Of a DNA stretch of 40,950 nt, positions 17,470 to 26,605 are shown piece after piece. Origin of the DNA: Candidatus Xenobia bacterium (GTDB lineage: Bacteria; Vulcanimicrobiota; Xenobia; Xenobiales; QWHO01); assembly GCA_045863235.1 (NCBI GenBank), contig BTUM01000071.1, positions 1 to 40,950 on the forward strand, read 5' to 3'. A model generated the notes under the pieces. The model made no database searches. It was not told the DNA's origin and saw nothing but the letters and a program-made list of their open reading frames with translations. Numbering within the stretch: the stretch's first letter is position 1; each line of letters starts with the position of its first letter. The position numbers and the translations under genes were made by a program.

Positions 17470-20036
17470 GCCTGTCCCTCCTTCTTGCCGATGCGCACCC
17501 CACCGATCACCAGGTGGTCCTCTTTGTCCTTGATGCGCCCGCCGTTCTCGAAGTGCTCCAGGGCCTCGGCTTTGGCTTTCTCGACCTCGGCCCCCATCAC
17601 CAGACGACGGCCCACCTCGGTGATCAGCTCGACCGGCCCGATGTTGCGATGCTCGAAGCTCCACAGCAAGAGCGAGCGGGCCGCCTCGTAGGGGTTGTGC
17701 CGCCCGGTCTGCTTGAAGACCAGCAGCGTGCCCGCGTGGGTGCGGGTCAGCTCCTCGAGCTCGGCCGGACAGTCGGGCCAGTGCTGGCTCCTTTGATCGC
17801 GCACGAAGGCGTACTCTTGCACCGCCCTCCCCACCGAGTCGCAGCCATCGAGCATGGGCTCGAGCATGCGGGTCATCGAGTAGGCTGACTCCCCTTCCGT
17901 CTTCAGAACCTTGCCCAGCTCCTCGGCTTGCTCTTTTTGCTCCGCCCTGCAGAGCAGGTTGAGGTAAGCGCGGAAAAGACCCGAGCTTGACTGTCTCTCG
18001 ACCTTGCCTCGAGCCAGCGCGCCGGCGGCCTGCTCGAGCGCCGTGGAGACGAGCTCGGGCGGGCGGTTCTTGTTGTGCTCGAGCAGCACGGGGTGGATCT
18101 TGAGCAGATCGTCGGTGGGCGGCAGGCAGCGCTCGGCCGTCTCCAGCAGGCCCACGGTCTGGGCGATGGAGTTGCCCAGCTCGAGGTACTCGCTGAAGGC
18201 CGAGCGACGCGAGCGGAACTCGCCCTCGGTGCGCGATTGGGCCAGCAAGGCGGCCATGCGGGTGCCCAGCCCCAGGTCATCGGTCTCGCGCGAGAGCTGG
18301 ATGACCAGCTTCTTGAGCCGGTCGTGGTCGAGAAAGCGGGGGGGCTTTTGGAGCAACTCGTAAGCCTGGCGGACCGCCTCCGAGTCGCGCGCGTTGGCCA
18401 TCTTGAACAGGTCCTTCAGGTCCGACAGGCCGCCTCGCAGATCGTGGGCCGAGTGCTTTTGCAACAGGCGCAGGTCGGTCAGGGCCTGCTCGGGATCGGG
18501 GTCGAACTCGAGCAGCGTGCCGAAGGCCCCCTCGTAGGTGACCGGCTTGCGAAACCAGCCCCCCGGGCTCTGGGCTGGCGGGGCGTTCTCGTGCAGCTTT
18601 TGATAGCAGTCGCGCAGCTCGTCGTGGTGGTCGCGGTCGACGCGTCCGAGCAGCTCGAGGTAGGTCTCGGCGGCCTGCTCGAGCCCGCCGGCGGGGCGGT
18701 CGGTGGCCAGCCACTCGAGGTCTTTGAGAGCCTGGTCGGGATTGTCCCCCACCTCGACCAGCTTGAGGTAGGTGCGCTGGCGGTCGGTCCTGGCTTCAGG
18801 CGAAGGCGCTCCGCGCAGGAAGTCGAGCACCTTCAGGGTCTCGGCCCCGGTCGGAGTGCGCTCGCGCAAGCTGCGCAGCATGGCGAACTCATCAGCCTTG
18901 AAGCCATTCTGGCTCAGGTGCTCGAGGTCGCCCAGGGCCTCCTCGACGCCCATTCCCACTTCCAGCAGGCGCTCGAGCTTGCCCGAGGCTTCGGCTGGCA
19001 GGGCCAGGTTGCGCTCGTAGATGGCGCGGTCGTCGGTGTGCTGCACGAAGCTCAGATAGCGCCGGGTCTCCTGCTCGCGATCGGCCGTGGGGGCAAGCTG
19101 GGAGTCGAGCCATTTGAAGTCGTCCAGGGGGCGGTTCTCGCCCAGCATTAGCTCCAACGCCTTGAGGTGGGACGCGCCCTTGCCGTCCACGTAGAGGAAG
19201 CCTTCGCGGGCCGGTTCGGCCTGTTCGGAGAGCTCGAGCAGGTGGAGATACTGCTTGAGTCGTCCGGGTGCATCCGGCCGGGCGGCCAGGGTGGGCAGCA
19301 GGGTCTTCAGCTCTTGCTCGGCCTGCTCCAGGTTGCCCAGGTAGTTGCTCATGGTGTCCAGGCTGGAGCCCAGCTTCTTGTCGGTCAGGCCGTCCACCGG
19401 CTGGCCGGCCAGCAGCCTGGCGGCCAGCTCGCGCGGGCTGGGGGGCTCGACCGGAGCCGGCTCGGGCGCGGGTGCTGGCGTGGGCTCAGGCGTGGGCTCC
19501 GGCTCGGGAGCTGGCGGAGGCGCGGCCAGGTGGGCGGCCACCTCCTCGGGTGTGGCAAAGCCGTGCTCGCGCAGCGCGTCCACCCACTGGCGCACCATGC
19601 GCTCGCGCTCGCGTCCCGGTTGGCTGTGGGTTCTGAGGTATTCCGAGTGGGCCAGGGTCTGGCCCACCTGGCCCGGGGTGACCTCGGCCAGAGCCGCAAA
19701 GTAGCCCGCCATGGCGGGTTCCTTCTCATAGTGATCGAAGGCCAGCCGGCCGGAGGCGAGCTCTCCCTGGCACACCTCGAGGCGCTCGAGGTAGCGATGG
19801 AAGGCGGGTTCGAACTGGGCCCCCTGCGGCAGCTCGGGGAGCAGTTCCTTGAGGGCGGCGGCCGCCTCCTCGCTGCTCCCGGACAGCCGGGCCATGCGGA
19901 TCAGCCCTTTGCGCAGGGCTTTGCCTTCGGCCCCCGGCGGGGTCTGTCCGGCCATGACCTGGTCCACCGAGTCGGCGCTGAGGACAGCCGGACGCGGCGT
20001 GGCAAAAAGCAGACTTCGACCCACGGCGGGTAGCAT
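17466..20036 (-). CDS. Large alpha-helical hypothetical protein with Pro-rich linker and conserved C-terminal VIGGVxIxKK motif
   Basis: 856 aa from ATG 20036 (MLPAVGRS); PPPAPEPEPTPEPTPAPAPEP linker; ends IKDKEDHLVIGGVRIGKKEGQA; no signal peptide. Confidence 0.8.
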   Translation of the reverse strand: MLPAVGRSLLFATPRPAVLSADSVDQVMAGQTPPGAEGKALRKGLIRMARLSGSSEEAAAALKELLPELPQGAQFEPAFHRYLERLEVCQGELASGRLAFDHYEKEPAMAGYFAALAEVTPGQVGQTLAHSEYLRTHSQPGRERERMVRQWVDALREHGFATPEEVAAHLAAPPPAPEPEPTPEPTPAPAPEPAPVEPPSPRELAARLLAGQPVDGLTDKKLGSSLDTMSNYLGNLEQAEQELKTLLPTLAARPDAPGRLKQYLHLLELSEQAEPAREGFLYVDGKGASHLKALELMLGENRPLDDFKWLDSQLAPTADREQETRRYLSFVQHTDDRAIYERNLALPAEASGKLERLLEVGMGVEEALGDLEHLSQNGFKADEFAMLRSLRERTPTGAETLKVLDFLRGAPSPEARTDRQRTYLKLVEVGDNPDQALKDLEWLATDRPAGGLEQAAETYLELLGRVDRDHHDELRDCYQKLHENAPPAQSPGGWFRKPVTYEGAFGTLLEFDPDPEQALTDLRLLQKHSAHDLRGGLSDLKDLFKMANARDSEAVRQAYELLQKPPRFLDHDRLKKLVIQLSRETDDLGLGTRMAALLAQSRTEGEFRSRRSAFSEYLELGNSIAQTVGLLETAERCLPPTDDLLKIHPVLLEHNKNRPPELVSTALEQAAGALARGKVERQSSSGLFRAYLNLLCRAEQKEQAEELGKVLKTEGESAYSMTRMLEPMLDGCDSVGRAVQEYAFVRDQRSQHWPDCPAELEELTRTHAGTLLVFKQTGRHNPYEAARSLLLWSFEHRNIGPVELITEVGRRLVMGAEVEKAKAEALEHFENGGRIKDKEDHLVIGGVRIGKKEGQA

Positions 20037-20067
20037 GCCATGAAAGTAGCGCGAGGGGCTGAAAGAA
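20037..20067 (-). promoter_or_regulatory. Putative leaderless promoter (shared motif)
   Basis: TTCTTTC-N12-TACTTT-CATGGC-ATG, no SD; same layout at 21617-21647 and 33805-33836. Confidence 0.5.
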
Positions 20068-20107
20068 CCCTGATCAGTGCTGATCGGACAGCGACCCGGG
20101 CAAAGGA

Positions 20108-21616
20108 TCAGCGCAGGGCGCGGGCGTGCGCGCCGGGGTCGTAGGCAAAGCGGCCGTCTTCCCAGAAGAGCATCCAGGAGTAGCCCTTCTGGGCCGCCTG
20201 GCGTACCTGAGAGCGCAAGCCCCTGGCCGGGTCGGCCTCGGTGATGCCCACCTCGGCGTTGGGGGGCAGGTTCAGCTCCCAGGCGGCCGGCACGTTGGCA
20301 ATCGGCTCGTAGAGGTGGAAAGTGTAAAGGAACTTCTGATCGGGATGGCGTTCGGCCAGGTAGGTCCAGTGCGAGAGCTCGCGGTAGTTCTGCACTCCTA
20401 CCGTCAGCGTTGCCCCGGGGGCTTCCTGGGCGAAGAGCTCCACCAGGTCGTTGACCAGCGCCTGGCGCCCCGCCTCGGTCACCCCGCTGACGCCGTGGAT
20501 CTCGTTGACCAGATCCCACACGATGGGCCGCTCGCCGAACTCGCGCACGAAGGGGCGCAGGGCTTCCACCAGCTCCTGGCGAGCCCCGGGATCGTTCATG
20601 GCCTTTTGCACGGTCTGGTTGGGGATGGCCCCATCGAGCAGGGTGAACATGAAGTGTTTCTGGCCGTAGCGCTCGGAGAGCTCGAGGGCCTGGCGCATGG
20701 CCTCGTGCTCGCGTTCGCCGAGGCGGATACCCCCGGCCGTCTCGCGCAGGTCCAGCCCGCCCATCCAGCGGAAGCTGTCCAGCCCGTTGTCTTGCTGGGC
20801 CGCAAAGGTTCGTTCCAACTCGGGCTTCACGTTCTCGAAGTCGTGCAGGTCGCCGTAGTGGATGTACTGGCTGACCCCGTGCTTCACCTGGTCGAGCCGG
20901 AGGGGGCGGGGCGCGTCGGGAGTGGTCTTGAGCAGCGGTCGCTCCTGGGCGCGAGCCGTATCGCCCGGGCCCACCTTGAGCAGGCGGGCCTGCAGCAGTC
21001 GCACCGTGCCGTCCACAGGGGAGTTGATGCCGACCGTCAGGCTATGCAGCAGTCGGGCCGGATCGAAGGCCAGGTCGGTGTGTCCCTGGATGCTCTCGGC
21101 CCGCGGGGTGGGGTCGTAGGTCAGCTTCAGGCGTCCGGTGGCAGCGTCGTAGCCGGGGTTCTCGGCCACCGGGATGCCGGCCGTCCAGGTGGTCCACTGT
21201 TCCGCGCCGGCCGAGTCGCGGGCATGGATCTGCACCGCCACGTCACCTCGTCCCCGCATGGGCTCGGGCAGCTCGAGCACCACCTCCAGGGCGCGCTCTT
21301 GCATGGCGAAGACCTTCTGGTCGAACTGGAAGGCCCCATAGCCGTTCCCTACCTCGATGGGTCGCTCATCCTCCAGGATGCTCTCGGGCGCGTTGATCAC
21401 CACCCCGATCACGCCTGCCACGGCGGCGGCCGCCAGCAAGCCTCCTGCGATGGCCGCCTTCCAGCCCTTGCGGGACTCGGGCGGCTCCTCGGCCGGAGTG
21501 GATCCGACCGACAGGCGCACGCTGTCGACCCCGGCCTGCTCGGCCGGGCGGGCGCCGGGCGGAGGCCTGCGCTCGAGCTGCGAGGCTGACTGCGGCATGG
21601 TAGAGTGCACCAGCAT
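20108..21616 (-). CDS. Membrane-anchored clan GH-A (GH5-like) glycoside hydrolase with a beta-sandwich/CBM-like domain
   Basis: TM helix near residues 55-73; TIM-barrel motifs FRW, WDLVNEIH (acid/base), TFHLY, GITEAD (nucleophile), MLFW. Confidence 0.65.
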   Translation of the reverse strand: MLVHSTMPQSASQLERRPPPGARPAEQAGVDSVRLSVGSTPAEEPPESRKGWKAAIAGGLLAAAAVAGVIGVVINAPESILEDERPIEVGNGYGAFQFDQKVFAMQERALEVVLELPEPMRGRGDVAVQIHARDSAGAEQWTTWTAGIPVAENPGYDAATGRLKLTYDPTPRAESIQGHTDLAFDPARLLHSLTVGINSPVDGTVRLLQARLLKVGPGDTARAQERPLLKTTPDAPRPLRLDQVKHGVSQYIHYGDLHDFENVKPELERTFAAQQDNGLDSFRWMGGLDLRETAGGIRLGEREHEAMRQALELSERYGQKHFMFTLLDGAIPNQTVQKAMNDPGARQELVEALRPFVREFGERPIVWDLVNEIHGVSGVTEAGRQALVNDLVELFAQEAPGATLTVGVQNYRELSHWTYLAERHPDQKFLYTFHLYEPIANVPAAWELNLPPNAEVGITEADPARGLRSQVRQAAQKGYSWMLFWEDGRFAYDPGAHARALR

Positions 21617-21647
21617 AACCCGAGCTTACCCGGGGGGAATGAAATTT
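21617..21647 (-). promoter_or_regulatory. Putative leaderless promoter (shared motif)
   Basis: AAATTTC-N12-TAAGCT-N6-ATG, no SD. Confidence 0.5.
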
Positions 21648-21666
21648 CCCCGAACCCTGCTAGGAG

Positions 21667-21705
21667 CGCAGCCGGAAACCCCCTTGACACGGTTTTCCGG
21701 CTGCG
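21667..21705. other. Strong hairpin between the pilin and glycosidase genes (possible terminator)
   Basis: cgcagccggaaa (21667-21678) pairs with tttccggctgcg (21694-21705); no clear U-tract; the loop contains TTGACA. Confidence 0.5.
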
Positions 21706-21709
21706 TGAC

Positions 21710-21755
21710 GCCCAACATGTTGTGCTAGAAGTTCGGCCGCCTACAGTATCTTGTG
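21710..21755. promoter_or_regulatory. Tandem NrdR-box-like pair
   Basis: gccCaAcATgTtGtg (21710) and ctaCaGtATcTtGtg (21741) against consensus acaCwAtATaTwGtg; starts 31 bp apart. Confidence 0.5.
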
Positions 21756-21802
21756 GTGGCGGAGGTTCCCTCCGACACCACAGGGGGTTTGCGGCCGGAC
21801 TT

Positions 21803-22348
21803 CTAGCGCTCGATCAGACCCTGGCTGCTGGTATACTTCGGGTGGTCGGCGGGCATGTTGGCGGCCTCGTGGTTGAGTCCCTTGCACATGACCGTGAAGG
21901 CGCCTTCGGACTCTCGCAGCAGGTACTCGCCAGCCAGCGGGCAGCGAACTTTGGGGTCGAGCTTGCCAGAATCGTTCAACCGGGCCAGGTTCGCCTGACA
22001 TTCGGGGTTTTCGGCATGATAGCCCGGGCACACGATTTTCGGCCTCTTGAGAGGGGTGTGGTGGCTCTCGAAGCTGGAGCTGTAGGTGTCAAAGCCCGCG
22101 ACGGGGCAGTTGGGGATCATCTTGAGGTAGTTGGGGGTCAGACCGGCGAGTTGGGGAGGATAGGCCCCCTTGTTGTCGGTGCTGAACATCTCCAGCGCGG
22201 TGGCGATGTTCTTGAGGTTGGATTTGCAGGCGGTGCTCGCTCCGCGTGGTTTGACCTTGATGAAGTTGGGCACGACGATGGCCGCGATCAGGGCCAGGAA
22301 GGCCAGGATGGCCAGCACCTCGATGATGGTGACACCGTTTCGCTTCAC
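21803..22348 (-). CDS. Type IV pilin / T2SS pseudopilin (prepilin N-methylation motif)
   Basis: GTG start with GAGGGG RBS; MKRNG|VTIIEVLAILAFLALIAAIVVPNF (Gly-1, Glu+5); ACKSNLKNIATALEMFSTDNKGAYP pseudopilin helix; 6 Cys. Confidence 0.88.
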   Translation of the reverse strand: MKRNGVTIIEVLAILAFLALIAAIVVPNFIKVKPRGASTACKSNLKNIATALEMFSTDNKGAYPPQLAGLTPNYLKMIPNCPVAGFDTYSSSFESHHTPLKRPKIVCPGYHAENPECQANLARLNDSGKLDPKVRCPLAGEYLLRESEGAFTVMCKGLNHEAANMPADHPKYTSSQGLIER

Positions 22349-22455
22349 TGTCCCGAACCCCTCACGATCTTGCCCTGATGGTCGCGGATCAAGCCCGGGT
22401 TCGGCTTTGACCCTTGCCTGGGAGCGTGAGACTTCGCCCTCCCCGGTCCACTGTT

Positions 22456-25400
22456 TCACCCCGGTGGGGGTGGGCCCTGCTCGGGTCCTTCTTCGCGCTT
22501 TTTCACCCGGACCGAGCCGACGATGACGGCCTGCTTGGTGTCCTGGATGGCGCTGTTGGGCCCGGCGTCGAGAATGCGGTCGAGGGCCGCGTCCACGTCT
22601 TCGGCCACCAGGGCCGCGGGCAGCCGGCTCAAGAGCTGGGTGGCCTCGGCACCGGTCAGCTCGCCTGCGGCCATGCGCATGCCCAGGCGGTTGAGCACGG
22701 CCGCCCCCACGTTGACAGGCAGCCCGGCCAGCGTGGTCAGGGCGGCGCAGCGAGTGGCGGCGGGAACCTCCCGGTCGGCGGCCAGGGCGACCAGTCCCTG
22801 CGCGGCAGAGCGGCCGCCATCTTCGCGATAGCCGTCGCCCACCCGCAGGTCCGAGAAGGTCAGGCCCCGACCCTGGTTGGAGGCGTCCGACGAGAGCCGG
22901 AATCGCAGACGCGCCGTCTTGCCCTCGTAGGCGGAGAGACCCACTTTCTGGGGTCCGCGACCCTCGCCGGTGAACTGGGCCACGGTTTGCCAGCCCTCGG
23001 CACCCGAGGAGGCCTCCACGAAGACCCCATCGTAGCCCTGCTCGAGCTCGTAATCGGTCTGGAAGGTCAGGGGCCCGTTCACGAGCAAGGGCGGGCTGGT
23101 CAGCGAGGCGTTCTGGCTGGGCCGGTAGGTGTCGTGGGGGCTGGTGCGCCAGCCGTCGGGCCCGGAGCGGCACCACTCCCCCTCGGCCTGCCAGCCGCCG
23201 GCCTGTAACAGGTCGCGCAGATTCGCCAGTGCTTTGAGGGCCGGCGGCTCCAGCCCCGCCTCGCGCAACCCCTCCACCTCGACGCCCAGCGGAGCAAAGC
23301 TTGCCGCCAGCGTGGTCAGCTCGATCTCGTGCGCCAGACGCTCCTCGGGGACGTCCTTCATACTCTCCCACAGCTTGAGTCCCGCAGTCCGGCCCTGGAG
23401 CTCGATCAGCCGGGCCAGGGCCTGCCGGCGGGGGCCGTCCTGAGGAGCCAGGCGAGCCAGGTCCAGAGCCACCGGCAGGCCGTGGGCCGAGGCCAGGGCG
23501 GTCAGGCTGCGGCCCTGGCCGAGCGACTCGAGCACCCCCTGGAACTGCTCACCCAGTGCCCGGGGCCGATCGTCGAAGGCCTCGCCCACCTGCAGGTTGC
23601 GCAGCGCGAAACCCTCCTGGCAGTTGCTTGAGTCCGATGTCAGGCGAAAGCGCAACTGGACGGTCTGGTCTGCGTAGCTGGAGAGATCGACCTCGCGCTT
23701 GCCCCAGTCGGCCTGCCCGGTGAAGCTTTCCAGCGTGCGCCAGTCGCCGTTCCGGCCCACCTGCAGCTCGACCCGATCGTAACCCTGCTCGAGCTGGTGG
23801 CGGCACTCGAAGCTCACTATTGGCGAGCTCTGACCCGCCAGCGAGATGGGTCGGGTGGTGAGCGCGCTGTCCTCGTTGGGGCGGTAGACCCCCATCAGGT
23901 TGTCCACCCAGCTCCCGTCCGGCAGGCGTTTCCAGGCGCTCTTCTCCCAGCCGCCGGCGACCCCCACCAGGCTCTCCAACTCCCCCACGCTGCCCTGCTT
24001 GAGAAGGTCGCGGGTCAGCCCCAGCAAGGTCTCCTGGCGGAGCGGCTGGGCCAGGGTGTAGCTCAGCTCGCGTCCCAGCTCGAAGGCTCGGGCGGCCTCG
24101 GTGGCCTTCCCCGGACCCACCTCCGGCCACAGGGCCACGGCCGCCTCGGTGCCGATGGCCGCGGAGAGCTCGCGCAGGGCCGGATCCTCACCCAGCGGCA
24201 ACAGGTCGAAGGCCTGGGCGGGATGCCCACCCAGGCGCACGAGTGCCTGCAGCGTAGAGGTGTCGCCCTTCTTGGCCAGGTCCAGCAGGCGATCCAGGGT
24301 GGCTCGTCGGCTGGAGGGTTGGTCCGAAAAGACGACCCGACGCGGGGTGGAGCTGTCGTAGGCGGGTTGAGCATCCACCACGAAATCCTTCAGGTCCAGC
24401 CCCTCGGCCTGGTTGGAGGCGTCCGACTGGAAACGAAAGCGCAGGCGGATGGCCTCGCCCTGATAGGCTTTGAGCGAGACCTCGTGGGCCTGCCATGCGC
24501 TCGTGCCGGTGAAGGCGGTGAGGTGATCCCAGCTCTGGCCGTCTCTGGACGCTTCCAGGGAAACGTTGTCGTAGCCCTTCTCCAGCTCGTGGCGCACCGA
24601 GAAGCGGGCCACTGGTTCGCTCAGGTGGGCCAGGCTCAGCTCGGGGCTGGTCAGGGAGGCGTTCTGGTTGGGACGGTAGGGACCGGCCGGGCTGTCCGAC
24701 CAGCTCCCGTCAGGGTTGCGGGCCCAATGTCCCTCGGCCTGCCAGGCCTGGCTCAGTCGCTCCACCAGCGCCTGCAGGGCGACTCGACCCGGCTCGGAGA
24801 GGGGTTGCAGCTGATCGCAGACCTTCAGGGCGGCCTCCAGACCTGGCTCGGGGGCCAGCTCCAGGGCGGCTCGGAAGGTGCCCAGGTCGATTCCTCGGCT
24901 GGCCAGGGCCACGGCTGCGGCTGGACCCACCTCGCGGTTGAGCTCCATCAACGTGGCCGTGCCGGCCGGGTTCTGCAGCACCGCCTGCCACAGGGACAGG
25001 GCCTCGGCCGGGGTGGCGCAAGCGTCCACCAGCTGCTCCAGGGGCTCGACGGGGCGGCCGTCGGCCAGGGCTCGAGCCAGCTCGCCCGCCAGCCGGGCAC
25101 GCTCGGCCCGGGGGGACTCGTCGAACAGGGTCTGGCTCTGCGAGCCGAAGCGCGGAACACCCTCCACTTTGAGTCCCGAGAGCGAGAAGCCCTCTTGCTG
25201 GTTGCTGCTGTCCGAGGAAAAGAGAAGGCGCAGATGAGCGGTCCTGCCTTCGTAATCGGCCAGCGAGAGGCTCTCGTCTTGCCAGTCGCGCTTGCCGGTG
25301 AAGCTCCTCAAGGTCTCCCAGCTCTGGCCATCCTGGCTGGCCTGAAGCTGCACCGAGTCGTAGCCAGACTCGAGATCGAAGCTGGCCCGAAAGCTCATCT

Positions 25401-26436
25401 TGACCTGCTGGAAATTGTTCAGTGTCAGTGGGGGCAAGCTGAGCGCGGCGCGCTGGTTGGGCTGGTAAGGGCCCGGGGGACCGTCGGTCCAGATTCCGTC
25501 GCGGAGCGCCCAGGTGCCTTCGGGTTGGAGCTGGTTGGACGTTCTCGCGAGCAAGTCCCTGACCCGGTCCTGCCCGGCCGGGTCGAGGGCAGCGACGGCT
25601 GCGGCCGCTTGCGGGTCTTGCAGCTCGCGCAGCCAGTCGAGGTAGGCCGGACGCCGATCGGTCGGCAGCGCTTCCAGCGCCAGGGCGGCCTCCAGCGGTC
25701 GCTCGGAGATGAGCTGGCTGACGCTGTCGAGGTGCTGCTGGCGCTCTCGCCAGGCGCTCAGATCCAGTGGCTGTCGCACGCTCCAGGTGCCCAGCGGAGC
25801 GCCGCGATGCTGCAGATGCAGCTCCTCGGCACCGGAGCGGTAGGCTTCCAGCGCATCGCCCAGGTAGCCTGCTTCCTCGAAGGCGCGGGCCGCTTCGCCC
25901 ACCCGAGGGCGCTCCAGCGATTCGAGCCCGGCCGTCCCCTGGAGGTAGGCCAGCATGGCGACATCCTGGCCGGAGGTGAGCCGGGCCCGGCGGGGCCCGT
26001 CAGTCTCCAGAGGCTGGCCCTGGGCCAACCGGCTGTAAGCGGCCCACGGCTCGAGCTTCTCCTCCCCGACCTGGAAGCGGAAGCCCAGCCGGGTCAAGCT
26101 CTCCATGTGGTGAGCCAGCTCGGGGTGGGGGAGACGCTCGGGGGTCTTCGTCTGGAAGGCGTGCAGCGCCTGCAGCTCTTGCTTGTCGCGCAGAGGCTGC
26201 CACTTGCCGGCCTGCAGCACCTGCAGATCGTCCGGCTCGTCGTTCAAGACCAGCTCGGCCGCCTCGGCCGGGCTCGCCTGGGTCCAGCCCAGCAGCTTCA
26301 GCCAGCGGGGCTGGCGGAATTCGAGGCCCTGCTCTTTGAGGGTGGTGAGCATGTCCACCGGTCCCTCGTCCAGAGGGCGAGAGGCGGCAGTGGGGGGTAG
26401 GGTGAGCCGGAGGGGTAGGATCTGCACGTCCTCCAT
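22456..26436 (-). CDS. 1326-aa modular protein: novel N-terminal domain, four MAM/immune-inhibitor-A-like beta-sandwich domains with helical spacers, conserved C-terminal motif
   Basis: Four copies of W.D...Y.PN....L...LE.GYD...W..L..FTG...LRFR.SD.SN..G; ends IQDTKQAVIVGSVRVKKR; no signal peptide. Confidence 0.8.
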   Translation of the reverse strand: MEDVQILPLRLTLPPTAASRPLDEGPVDMLTTLKEQGLEFRQPRWLKLLGWTQASPAEAAELVLNDEPDDLQVLQAGKWQPLRDKQELQALHAFQTKTPERLPHPELAHHMESLTRLGFRFQVGEEKLEPWAAYSRLAQGQPLETDGPRRARLTSGQDVAMLAYLQGTAGLESLERPRVGEAARAFEEAGYLGDALEAYRSGAEELHLQHRGAPLGTWSVRQPLDLSAWRERQQHLDSVSQLISERPLEAALALEALPTDRRPAYLDWLRELQDPQAAAAVAALDPAGQDRVRDLLARTSNQLQPEGTWALRDGIWTDGPPGPYQPNQRAALSLPPLTLNNFQQVKMSFRASFDLESGYDSVQLQASQDGQSWETLRSFTGKRDWQDESLSLADYEGRTAHLRLLFSSDSSNQQEGFSLSGLKVEGVPRFGSQSQTLFDESPRAERARLAGELARALADGRPVEPLEQLVDACATPAEALSLWQAVLQNPAGTATLMELNREVGPAAAVALASRGIDLGTFRAALELAPEPGLEAALKVCDQLQPLSEPGRVALQALVERLSQAWQAEGHWARNPDGSWSDSPAGPYRPNQNASLTSPELSLAHLSEPVARFSVRHELEKGYDNVSLEASRDGQSWDHLTAFTGTSAWQAHEVSLKAYQGEAIRLRFRFQSDASNQAEGLDLKDFVVDAQPAYDSSTPRRVVFSDQPSSRRATLDRLLDLAKKGDTSTLQALVRLGGHPAQAFDLLPLGEDPALRELSAAIGTEAAVALWPEVGPGKATEAARAFELGRELSYTLAQPLRQETLLGLTRDLLKQGSVGELESLVGVAGGWEKSAWKRLPDGSWVDNLMGVYRPNEDSALTTRPISLAGQSSPIVSFECRHQLEQGYDRVELQVGRNGDWRTLESFTGQADWGKREVDLSSYADQTVQLRFRLTSDSSNCQEGFALRNLQVGEAFDDRPRALGEQFQGVLESLGQGRSLTALASAHGLPVALDLARLAPQDGPRRQALARLIELQGRTAGLKLWESMKDVPEERLAHEIELTTLAASFAPLGVEVEGLREAGLEPPALKALANLRDLLQAGGWQAEGEWCRSGPDGWRTSPHDTYRPSQNASLTSPPLLVNGPLTFQTDYELEQGYDGVFVEASSGAEGWQTVAQFTGEGRGPQKVGLSAYEGKTARLRFRLSSDASNQGRGLTFSDLRVGDGYREDGGRSAAQGLVALAADREVPAATRCAALTTLAGLPVNVGAAVLNRLGMRMAAGELTGAEATQLLSRLPAALVAEDVDAALDRILDAGPNSAIQDTKQAVIVGSVRVKKREEGPEQGPPPPG

Positions 26437-26605
26437 TCCAGCGCAAACCCCTCAAAGGGGCCTGAAAGCACGCATTGACAGAATGCACATTGTGTGAACT
26501 CAGCACTCTGTGGGCCCGGAAAGCAGTTTATGCCGCTTGAAGGGTTGTGAGGTCATCATGGCGCACTTTTGCTCCCCACGTCGATGACTCAGAAAGGAAC
26601 GACCG

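Noticed and set aside
20037..20519. 1017-aa version of the tagged protein
   Set aside because: The extension overlaps the glycosidase 3' end in another frame and is Arg/Pro/Gly-rich noise; ATG 20036 has the shared promoter signature.
22349..23371. 522-aa version of the pilin ORF
   Set aside because: Overlaps the 1326-aa gene; the prepilin motif and RBS fix the start at GTG 22348.
26475..26600. Riboswitch in the DUF1254 gene leader
   Set aside because: TTGACA and small hairpins are present, but I see no recognisable riboswitch consensus or convincing -10 at standard spacing.
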